From Lachnospiraceae bacterium UBA3762 (GTDB lineage: Bacteria; Bacillota; Clostridia; Lachnospirales; Lachnospiraceae), in NCBI GenBank assembly GCA_002371615.1, contig DFGA01000033.1, positions 14,184 to 78,183 on the forward strand: a stretch of DNA of 64,000 nt, read 5' to 3'. Under the pieces are notes generated by a model. The model had not been told where the DNA came from. It saw nothing but the letters and a program-made list of their open reading frames with translations, and did no database searches. Below, piece after piece: positions 19,724 to 30,818 of the stretch (positions are counted from its first letter, which is position 1; each line of letters opens with the position of its first letter). Both the position numbers and the translations under genes were made by a program.

Positions 19724-21388
19724 ATGCAGACATTCAGAACATTTGCTTTAACAGGTATGATCCTGACAATAGTTTTTGCCATCATAGCCGCAATAAGAAT
19801 ATACAGGTTAAAAAGGAGTATTCAACTACACGGATGTGTCAGTTTTGTGAGAAACCATTATCGTATGTTTCTTGTTCTATTGTTTATGGCTTTTCTAGCC
19901 ACTCGTCTGTTTAGGATAGATCAGATCCCTGCCGGGATACATATTGATGAGCTGTCATCCGTAGTTGATGCAAAGAGTATTATGGATCATGGTTCCGACA
20001 GGTTTGGCGTGAGATATCCTGTTTACCTTCAGAATTTCGGGGGAGGACAGAATGTCCTGTTTTGCTATGTACAAGTATTGCTGTTCCATTTTTTGCCTTT
20101 CACGATAAAGGCTTTCAGAATTCAGGCGGTCCTTTGGGGTGCACTGTGCTTTTTGGCAACATTCGGAATATGTTATGAACTGACAGAGGATAAGGCGTGG
20201 GCATTGGCCGGACCGTTCCTTGTCACAACGCTCCCGGTTTATATTATGTCAGAAAGATGGGGACTTGAATCATATCTGCTTCTCCCGTTTTGCACTTTTA
20301 CAATGTATTATGTAATACGGGCAGTTAAATACGGTAAGATGCGAGACTGGTTTTTAGCGGGATTAATAATGGGGGTATCGTTGTATACATATGCTATATC
20401 TTATATAGTATGGCCGATTTTTTTGATTTTAGCCGGAGCATATTTGTTATATATCAAAAGAATTAACATCAAACAGATTATAATTGCAGTGGTTCCGCTT
20501 ATAATATTAGCCACTCCACTTATATTGTTTCAGCTTGTCAATCTCGGATTAATTCCGGAATTTTCGACTGCGATTTCAGACTATAGGAGATTGCCGGAAA
20601 GGCGTGAGACTGAAATAGGGGTTTCGAATATATTGTGGAATCTGGTACATTACTATCCCAAAATGTTTTTTGAACAGGACTCCATGGCTTACAATTCATT
20701 CCGGGAGTTCGGACCGATCTACTGGTTCCTTGTTCCATTTATAGCAGTTGGACTTGTTGTATGCATCATAGATTTAATCGTGTCCTTACGAAAAAAAGAG
20801 TTTTTGACTTCGGCACCTGTTGTTTTTTTCTGGCTTTCAGCAACGATCTGTATGCTTGTTATCAAAGCTCCGAACATTAATAAAGTTAATGAACTGTTTT
20901 TGCCCTTTGTGGTTTTTATCGTGATAGCGACATTTCGGCTGTTTAATAAGGACATGCTGTTCGAAGGATGGCTGGTTCTGTTTAACTGTATATCATTTGT
21001 CGTATTTATATATTTCTACTTTTTTATACAGTCTACTGATTACGGCCCTAATGAACTATTTACCAGTTCGTCCCCTGCCCGGGCTATTCGTATATGTAGT
21101 CAGAACTATCTGAAAGATGATGATACGCACATCTATGCACTTTTAGAGGATGAAACCATCGAACCGTATATGCAGGTGTATTTTTTCGCGGGAGAAGCCG
21201 GGGAGGTTTACAGTGATGATGTGCCAACATACGGAAGAGTATCGGCTTATTTTCCTGAGGAATTTGATATTAACGAAAATGCAATTTATATAATCGGTGA
21301 TAACTGGCCTCATATCACATCATATCTTGTATCTGTCGGATTCAGTCAGGATCAGTCATTGCCGGGATATTCAATCCTTTACCGGTAA
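19724..21388 (+). CDS. GT-C fold glycosyltransferase (ArnT/PMT_2-like); paralogue of 46491..48080
   Basis: Shares HIDEL, YPVY, GGGQN, MSERWGLESYLL and LYTYAISYIVWPIFL with the 46491 protein, and ends in a similar HITSYLVS... C-terminus. Confidence 0.65.
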   Translation: MQTFRTFALTGMILTIVFAIIAAIRIYRLKRSIQLHGCVSFVRNHYRMFLVLLFMAFLATRLFRIDQIPAGIHIDELSSVVDAKSIMDHGSDRFGVRYPVYLQNFGGGQNVLFCYVQVLLFHFLPFTIKAFRIQAVLWGALCFLATFGICYELTEDKAWALAGPFLVTTLPVYIMSERWGLESYLLLPFCTFTMYYVIRAVKYGKMRDWFLAGLIMGVSLYTYAISYIVWPIFLILAGAYLLYIKRINIKQIIIAVVPLIILATPLILFQLVNLGLIPEFSTAISDYRRLPERRETEIGVSNILWNLVHYYPKMFFEQDSMAYNSFREFGPIYWFLVPFIAVGLVVCIIDLIVSLRKKEFLTSAPVVFFWLSATICMLVIKAPNINKVNELFLPFVVFIVIATFRLFNKDMLFEGWLVLFNCISFVVFIYFYFFIQSTDYGPNELFTSSSPARAIRICSQNYLKDDDTHIYALLEDETIEPYMQVYFFAGEAGEVYSDDVPTYGRVSAYFPEEFDINENAIYIIGDNWPHITSYLVSVGFSQDQSLPGYSILYR

Positions 21389-21394
21389 AAAATC

Positions 21395-22318
21395 CTAAAC
21401 TGACTGGCTTTGCTTTGCGGTCCGGGCTCCGTTTTTTTCTATATCTCGGTTGCTGCTCATGTAAAATGATTGGGCCGATGATATCGGTATTTCATCGCAC
21501 AATTCGTCTTCCAGCATCCGCCCCGGGTGAAAGAGTATTTCAAGCTTGCGGTTATCTTTTGCAGCTTTACTTGTGAGAGGTGAATATAATTGCTCCACTC
21601 TGTATGGATCCATCTTTCCGCTCATTATAAGTCCCCATAAATACATAGGTTCGTGATTTTCACTTTCATCATAGTTATCAATTTTTATTGAATAAAAATT
21701 CAATATAAGGTTCTTTATAATATTGACCGGAGAGTAGCTTTTCCAAAGAGATGTTGCCGAGATAAAGGGTACAAGTGGTTCCCTGGAGTTTCTGATGTAT
21801 TCGCAATTAAGATTATTAGATGCGAGACATTCAAACAGAGCCTTTCTGACAATTGGAATCATATGTGTGTGCTGGTGGCTGTCTATTCGGATATGTTGCT
21901 GGCTGCAAGGTATACTGTTTGAACTGGCAATATCTATGCATTCCGCTATTTGAGACTGAACGCGTTCAATCTGTTCTGATATCTCATGCTTCAATAATTG
22001 TTTATATTTATTAAACCGAAACGGATTGTAAGATGCCAAAAACAGACTTTTCCATGTGGATGCATGCTTTCCCTCCACCAGATTTAAGTGAACTGACATT
22101 TTCGGGAGAAATGGAAGAGATGGAATCTCACGCTTTAACATATCCATACAAGACTCAAAGCACTTCATATTCGGAATGATACTTATACTGTCAAGTACGC
22201 CTTCACGCATTAGTTCCAGCATTTCTTTGGACGTATTGATGCTTAGTGCATAATCATCAGCATGTATATCAATCGAAAATACGGAACCATCCGTAGTGTT
22301 CATTTTATCTCCTTCCAT
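21395..22318 (-). CDS. YdjC/ChbG/HpnK-family carbohydrate deacetylase
   Basis: IHADDYALS near the N-terminus and IDSHQHTHMIP are the YdjC metal-binding motifs. An alternative ATG lies at 22303. Confidence 0.75.
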   Translation of the reverse strand: MEGDKMNTTDGSVFSIDIHADDYALSINTSKEMLELMREGVLDSISIIPNMKCFESCMDMLKREIPSLPFLPKMSVHLNLVEGKHASTWKSLFLASYNPFRFNKYKQLLKHEISEQIERVQSQIAECIDIASSNSIPCSQQHIRIDSHQHTHMIPIVRKALFECLASNNLNCEYIRNSREPLVPFISATSLWKSYSPVNIIKNLILNFYSIKIDNYDESENHEPMYLWGLIMSGKMDPYRVEQLYSPLTSKAAKDNRKLEILFHPGRMLEDELCDEIPISSAQSFYMSSNRDIEKNGARTAKQSQSV

Positions 22319-23274
22319 ATTAGCGAATCAATGATATAGTGAGGTCTTCGCTTGGTTTCCATATATATTTTGGCAATGTACTCACCGATAACGCCGAGTG
22401 ACAGAAGTATAGTACCTGTTGATACAAGCATGATCACTAGCAGGGTTGTGTATCCGGGAACATTTTTACCGTTTATCCAGTCCACTAGACCAATGATACA
22501 CATGATTACTCCGAGGACAACCACGATAAATCCAGCAACGCTTATCAGGTGAAGTGGTCTTGTTGAGAATGATGTGATGCCATCCATTGCAAGGGTCAGC
22601 ATCTTTTTTATCGTATATTTTGATTTTCCGGCTTCACGTTCTTTGACATCAAAGTATACTATGTCCGACGCAAAGCCCATTGTGGGAATCAAGCCTCGAA
22701 GAAACAAATTAACTTCCGAATATTGAGCAAGGGCCTCAAGCGCTTTTGCGGAGATCAGCCGGTAATCAGCGTGGTTGGGAATTACTTTGCTGCCGAGGGC
22801 GTGCATCAGTTTGTAATACAAGGTAGCTGATGTTCGCTTTCCCCAGCCGTCCGTTTTTCTGTCGTTTCTGACTCCGTAAACTATCTCGTAGCCTTCGTTG
22901 TATTTTTCGATGAATTTATCGAGCGCTTCTATATCCTGCTGAAGATCCGCATCAATAGTAACAACGATATCTGCTGAATCTTTCGCTGTCATCATTCCTG
23001 CCAGTATTGCATTCTGATGTCCACTGTTACCGGCAAGTCTTAAGACAGAAAAGATTGAGTCCATGTCAGAAAGCTTGTAAAGAATATTGAATGTTTCATC
23101 ACAACTTCCATCATCGACAAAAAGAATACGGCTTTTTTCCGATATTATATCGGAACATTCTAGTCTATGGAGTTTGTCCGAGAGAACTCCTGCAGTTTTT
23201 TCGATTATTTCCTCTTCGTTATAGCATGGGACAACAAGAACCAATGTGGGAGAGGAGTTTCTTACGTTTTTCAT
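22300..23274 (-). CDS. GT2 polyprenol-phosphate glycosyltransferase (ArnC/GtrB-like)
   Basis: LVLVVPCYNEEEII, VDDGSCDET and IDADLQQD, plus two C-terminal TM helices. Confidence 0.85.
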   Translation of the reverse strand: MKNVRNSSPTLVLVVPCYNEEEIIEKTAGVLSDKLHRLECSDIISEKSRILFVDDGSCDETFNILYKLSDMDSIFSVLRLAGNSGHQNAILAGMMTAKDSADIVVTIDADLQQDIEALDKFIEKYNEGYEIVYGVRNDRKTDGWGKRTSATLYYKLMHALGSKVIPNHADYRLISAKALEALAQYSEVNLFLRGLIPTMGFASDIVYFDVKEREAGKSKYTIKKMLTLAMDGITSFSTRPLHLISVAGFIVVVLGVIMCIIGLVDWINGKNVPGYTTLLVIMLVSTGTILLSLGVIGEYIAKIYMETKRRPHYIIDSLIWKEIK

Positions 23275-23277
23275 TCG

Positions 23278-24372
23278 CTATTCCTCATTTTTCGTAGATT
23301 CTTTGAAGATGAATCTGTTTTGCAGTCTGTAACTTATAATGAATAACAGAGTATCGACAATGATTTTTGCCAGCTGAACAGGGAACGCGGACAATCCGAT
23401 AAGTGAGACAAGCCCGGCAGATGCACCCATCTGTATCACGCAAAGAGCATAGTACTGAAACAGCGTTACCGGCCCGCGTCTGCTTTTAAAGACCAGTTTT
23501 TTGTTTACAGTATAGTTGAAAAGGGACGAAATAATCCTGGCAACGACCGTTGAGATCCAGACGGATCGTGTCTGTGTCATTTCTGTTCTTCCAAGCGCAG
23601 CGATCAGCCCGCAGAATATCCCGTAGTCCACCAGAAAAGACGACAGTGAGGAAAGGATGTACTTGAAGAACGTTCCAAGTATTACTCTGTAGATTTTGAA
23701 TGAATCCTTTATCGGATGAAAGTGCGTCTCACTGTTCTCGTTGATATACACCGTACGGATCGGAACTTCGATAATAGATGCTCCTGTTCGTATTGCATCG
23801 ATCAGCATGACCGTTTCGTATTCAAATCTGTCGCCCGAAAGCGTGCTAAAACGTTCAATCAGCTTATCGGGTATTCCGCGAAGTCCTGTTTGTGTATCGC
23901 TTATATTACCGCCAATAAACAGTTTCAGCGCAACAACAGTGCATTTATTACCGAAGCTGCTTTTCCAGGGAACTGTTTCAAGGTCAAAATCCCTTGCTCC
24001 CAGTATCAGTGAATCCGGATTCTGCGACATGGCAGCTGCTACTTTGTTTACATCTTCAACAATGTGCTGCCCGTCGGAATCTACAGTGATGATTCCGTAT
24101 GGACGATCCATCTGATGATTATGTGCCGGATACTCGTCAAGAAAGTAGGACATGGCATCTTTTAAGGCCTTGCCTTTTCCGAGATTAACAGGATGACGTA
24201 TGACTTTGCATCCGCTCTTTTCTGAGATTTCATCAAAAATATACCGGCAGTCATCGCGACTTCCGTCGTCAACCACCAGTATTCTCGGATATCCGTGTTC
24301 AAGCAGGGTATCCACATATTTTATAAGGTCGCTCTTGGGATTCAGAGCGGGAATAACTATAAGATAATTCAT
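23278..24372 (-). CDS. GT2 glycosyltransferase fused to a C-terminal GtrA-like membrane domain
   Basis: MNYLIVIPALNP...VDDGSRDD...TVDSDGQH forms the GT2 part. It is followed by a 4-TM region with NYTVNKKLVFKS, which is GtrA-like. The alternative GTG start at 24411 is given in the track. Confidence 0.7.
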   Translation of the reverse strand: MNYLIVIPALNPKSDLIKYVDTLLEHGYPRILVVDDGSRDDCRYIFDEISEKSGCKVIRHPVNLGKGKALKDAMSYFLDEYPAHNHQMDRPYGIITVDSDGQHIVEDVNKVAAAMSQNPDSLILGARDFDLETVPWKSSFGNKCTVVALKLFIGGNISDTQTGLRGIPDKLIERFSTLSGDRFEYETVMLIDAIRTGASIIEVPIRTVYINENSETHFHPIKDSFKIYRVILGTFFKYILSSLSSFLVDYGIFCGLIAALGRTEMTQTRSVWISTVVARIISSLFNYTVNKKLVFKSRRGPVTLFQYYALCVIQMGASAGLVSLIGLSAFPVQLAKIIVDTLLFIISYRLQNRFIFKESTKNEE

Positions 24373-24411
24373 AATAAGATTTATAAACCAAATTTGTGAT
24401 ATAATCAACAC

Positions 24412-26403
24412 ATGATTGCTATTTTGATGATATTTGCGGCATCTGTTGCCCTATGCATGATATTCGGAAAAAAACTGTATGAAACCCTTCCGCCGTCAGT
24501 CTTTAGCGTAACACTCGGAGTGTATCTGGTCGCGCTGATCTTACCGCTTAGGACTGCGGTGTATATGTGTATGGGCGCCATTGCCTTGTTACTGGTGATT
24601 GCTGTGTTATACAGGCGCAAGGCCGGTCAGAACAGCCCTATCCCCGTTGATATTGACAGATCTTCGACTGAACCGCTGTGTATACTTGCAGTTGTATCTA
24701 TTGTGTTTTGTGCGCTTTTTTGCAACAGACGGGTATTCTTCTATGATGATCTGAGTTACTGGGCTCTGTACACGAAAAACATCTTCAATATCGGAAAACT
24801 TCCTCACCTGTTTGAAAACTGCTCGGTCGATTACAAGGATTACACTCCGGTGATACAGATATTGCAGTATCTGGCTATGTTTGGAAGAAAGACTTTTTCG
24901 GAGCCGTCATTGTTCAGGACAAATATTTGCTTCATATACATAATGCTCCTGCCGGTTCTTGATCCTCTTGGCAGCCAAGATTCGAAAAAGGGTACAAAGA
25001 TCGCGGCAGCCCTGCTCTATATTATTTTTCCACACATACTTACGTCACAGTTTTACTACAGACTGGGAGTTGACCTCTTTCTGGCACTGACTTTCGGATA
25101 CGTTCTGTATCTCATATTCTTGTTCGACGCTTCGGGAATTGGTTCTGCCGGTCAACAATCTACGGATAACAGCAAAAGTGAGAGACTGAACAGGGATGAG
25201 ATATTTCGCCTCGGGTGTATAACTGTGAATCTTGCCTTTCTGGCTCTTATCAAGTCGAGCGGCATAGTGCTCAGCCTTCTTGCGATTATAATGTTCATCA
25301 TATGGGAGATTTTAAAAAGAAGGTATTCCGGAGTTGCGTATGGAAAGAAAGGATTAATCCCGGTACTTCTTAAAACCGCGGTTATATTATTATTCACACT
25401 TGGATTCTACTTTTCGTGGCAGTTGTTTCTTCGCTATTCGTGGAATAACGGATATCTGTCAAACCGTGTAAAAGACGGGATCAAAGGAGGCGGATTCTCC
25501 CTCCCGCCTTATACGGGAGAAGTTATCCTAAATTATGTCAACCACTTTTTTACATATCCTCTGACACGAAACCGGTTTGGAGTAACGGCTTTTCTGCTTG
25601 TGATCTTTATTGTTGCCGTGTATACGGTAAATATAGTTAACAGCAGAAGATCCGGCGAAAAAACAGGCATGCATACTGCGATGCTTGTAATGTCAATGTC
25701 AGGTCTTGTGATTTTCTGCGTAGCTCATATAAGTATGTATCTGTTTGTCTTTGACGAATGGGAAGCACATGGCCTCATGGAGTATGACAGATACATTACC
25801 CAGTACCTTGGCGGAGTGTTCTACGTGTATGTCTGCATGCTCCTCAGGGTATTTGCCTGTTCCGGCGGGAAGCTTAAGAACATGTCGGGAGTTGTGACGG
25901 CCGCTTCGCTGTTGATTTTTATAGCGCTGCTTCCGTATGCCGATATTAAGGAGTATCTTGTGCCGGCAAATTACAAAGCAATGTTTGAAAAAGAGTATGC
26001 GCAAATGGCGCAGGCGGCAGCGGATGAGTGGAGATCATCCGGGATAAGAGAGATGAACCTTGCGCATGACGGTACACAGCGTCTGACTGTAATTGCCAAC
26101 GCGTGGGATGAGACTACCCAGTTTATTGAATACGAGGCGGTTCCGCAGCCGATAGACAGGATATTGAACGTCCCGGCCGTCGAAGAAGGGAAACTTGCCG
26201 ATACGATAGATGATTATCTTGAAAGCTACCTGTATGTGGCCCGGGGAGCCAAGGCCTCATATGTGGGCAATTGGCAGGAAACCGCAGAGTTTACTGAGGA
26301 CAACACGCCGCTTTTGGAAGGGACACTTTACCGAGTTAACAGACTAAATGATGTCAAAACTCTTACGCCCGTTCATCGGAATATAGGTGATTTTTCCTAT
26401 TGA
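24412..26403 (+). CDS. Large polytopic membrane protein (candidate GT-C transferase), divergent from the GT2/YdjC operon
   Basis: 663 aa with many TM segments, FFYDDLSYWALY in the first loop, and a soluble C-terminal domain. Family unassigned. Confidence 0.5.
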   Translation: MIAILMIFAASVALCMIFGKKLYETLPPSVFSVTLGVYLVALILPLRTAVYMCMGAIALLLVIAVLYRRKAGQNSPIPVDIDRSSTEPLCILAVVSIVFCALFCNRRVFFYDDLSYWALYTKNIFNIGKLPHLFENCSVDYKDYTPVIQILQYLAMFGRKTFSEPSLFRTNICFIYIMLLPVLDPLGSQDSKKGTKIAAALLYIIFPHILTSQFYYRLGVDLFLALTFGYVLYLIFLFDASGIGSAGQQSTDNSKSERLNRDEIFRLGCITVNLAFLALIKSSGIVLSLLAIIMFIIWEILKRRYSGVAYGKKGLIPVLLKTAVILLFTLGFYFSWQLFLRYSWNNGYLSNRVKDGIKGGGFSLPPYTGEVILNYVNHFFTYPLTRNRFGVTAFLLVIFIVAVYTVNIVNSRRSGEKTGMHTAMLVMSMSGLVIFCVAHISMYLFVFDEWEAHGLMEYDRYITQYLGGVFYVYVCMLLRVFACSGGKLKNMSGVVTAASLLIFIALLPYADIKEYLVPANYKAMFEKEYAQMAQAAADEWRSSGIREMNLAHDGTQRLTVIANAWDETTQFIEYEAVPQPIDRILNVPAVEEGKLADTIDDYLESYLYVARGAKASYVGNWQETAEFTEDNTPLLEGTLYRVNRLNDVKTLTPVHRNIGDFSY

Positions 26404-26468
26404 TAAACGGACGGTTCAACGTTAATATAATTTGAAAAGGATTAAAGGGTAATACCCGGAGGATGGAT

Positions 26469-26972
26469 ATGAACGATACTTATGTTGAGGTTATGGTAGC
26501 GAGGAAGAAAAATCCCCTTGTCGGGATTGGGAGAAGTGCCTGCTATGTGCTTTCGGTTATATTCTTTCTGCTCGGAATTGTAAGTAGCGGTTTTCTTGTA
26601 TTAATAGCCGCAGCGCTCGCCGCTGTGGCATATTTTGTATTTCCGAGGCTTGATATTGAATACGAGTATCTCTACATTGACCGTGAGATCTCCATAGACA
26701 AGATCATGTCCAAGGAGAAGCGCAAGAACGTATATACGGTTGATCTTAACAAAATGGAATGTATTGCACCGGTTAATTCCCATGAGCTTGATTCATACAA
26801 GGCAAGGAATCTTAAAGTATATGATTTTACTTCCCTTGAGGAGGATGCAAAAGTATACTCCATAGTCTACGAAACAGGCAGGGAAGGTACGGTGCTTGTT
26901 AATTTCGAGCCGAATGAGGAAATGCTCCGCGCGATCAAAAATGTATTTCCGCGCAAGGTTTTAGATATTTAA
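26469..26972 (+). CDS. Hypothetical small membrane protein
   Basis: About 167 aa with one or two TM segments. GGAGG at 26458-26462 favours the ATG at 26469 over the one at 26463. Confidence 0.45.
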   Translation: MNDTYVEVMVARKKNPLVGIGRSACYVLSVIFFLLGIVSSGFLVLIAAALAAVAYFVFPRLDIEYEYLYIDREISIDKIMSKEKRKNVYTVDLNKMECIAPVNSHELDSYKARNLKVYDFTSLEEDAKVYSIVYETGREGTVLVNFEPNEEMLRAIKNVFPRKVLDI

Positions 26973-26986
26973 ATATACAGAGATAA

Positions 26987-29228
<2,242 letters not shown>

Positions 29229-29232
<4 letters not shown>

Positions 29233-30773
29233 TCCAGAAGATAAAAAATGACGGGCGGTTTGTCCTTATCTTTATAAGCAGCTTTGTATGGGGATTGCTT
29301 GCCCATGGCATGGCAATGTTCAACAAGTATTCATATCATGATGACGTTCCGCATTATAACGGGGTTGGAGTAACATATGAACTGGGAAGGTGGTTTCTGG
29401 CGATAAGCGGGAAGTTTGCTTCCTTTTTCTTTGGTAGTAAAAACTACAGTTTGCCGGCATTTGAGGGTGTAATTACTATTGCCGCGATTGCTGCCATGAC
29501 GTATATTATCTGCCTTAAACTTAGAATTGAGAATAAGGTTCTGATCGTAGCCCTGACCTCGGCTCTTGTGTGCTTTCCGGCAGTCACCAATATATTCGGC
29601 TATGTTTATACCGCACCGTATTATTACATCGGGGCATTAGCCGGAGTAGCCGGTGCATATATTTTCTACAAAAAGAAGTCTTTGCCCGCAGGGGCGGTGT
29701 GCGCAACTCTGATGGCTCTTTCTGTTGGCATATATCAGTCAAACATTCCGATCAACCTTATGGTCCTGCTGTTGTTTATGCTTGATGAAGTCTATTGCTC
29801 CGATATGGACCTGAAGGAGTTTATTACTCTGGCATTTAAGAATATCCTGATCTGTGTGATTTTTATGGCTGAGTACTTTGCTGCTAATGCACTTGCCCTT
29901 AGAATAACCGGGTTGCAGTTGTATGATTATAAGGCTGTCAGCAGTTTTGGACTCACGAATCCGGTCGAGTATCTGGTCAGGATAATTACAGCATACAAAA
30001 GATTCGTCAAGCCGGCAGACTTTATTAATTACAATAATGTATCAGCAAACATGTTTCCGTGGAATACCAAATATGTTCATATGCTGCTTGTGCTGGTCAT
30101 TGCAGTTCTTCTTGTACTGTTGTTAAGATCGGTACATGATGTTAAAAAAATTATCCAGATATGTATAATAACGGTATTAAGCCCGCTCTTTGCTTATTTT
30201 ATCTATGTGATGGTATCGGAAGAGGATGCTCACGGTGGAATGACTTTCGGTGAGTCTTTTATGTTCTTTTTTGCTGCTTATGTTATTGAACGGGCAGGGC
30301 AGAATGACAGGATCAAAAGATTTCTGTCAAAGGCGGCGGTTGCGCTTATGCTTGTTATCGGGGTAATGTTTGCCAGATATGCAAATGTCTGCTATTTAAA
30401 AGCTGATCTGATGCAGACTGAAGCGATCAATTATTATAACAGGCTGATTGCGCAGATACAGTCTGTCGAGGGGTACACAACCGAAACACCGGTTTTGTAT
30501 ATAGGGGGCAGAAACAAGAATGATGACGGCTTTTCGGGGGATTCCAGGTTTGATCCAATCTATCTTCCGCCTTATCAGAATAATTCGATAATTAACGATT
30601 TTTCATGGGAAGAAACTATGGAATTGTGGTGTTCCTTTGCACCACAAATGGCTGAACCGGACGCTATCGAATCATGGGATGTTATTGACGGGATGCCCAA
30701 TTATCCGGACGCTGGGTCTGTCAGGATGGTTGACGGAACAATAGTTGTAAAGTTTGCGGATTCTTCCGATTGA
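29229..30773 (+). CDS. Polytopic membrane protein, GtrII-type glucosyltransferase-like
   Basis: 514 aa. The N-terminus FVLIFISSFVWGLLAHGMAMFNKYSYHDDV resembles the GtrII glucosyltransferase family. Many TM segments. Its start overlaps the upstream stop. Confidence 0.45.
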
Positions 30774-30818
30774 AAACTCTTATTGAAAATAGCGATTTTA
30801 TAAGGTATGATTTAGTGT

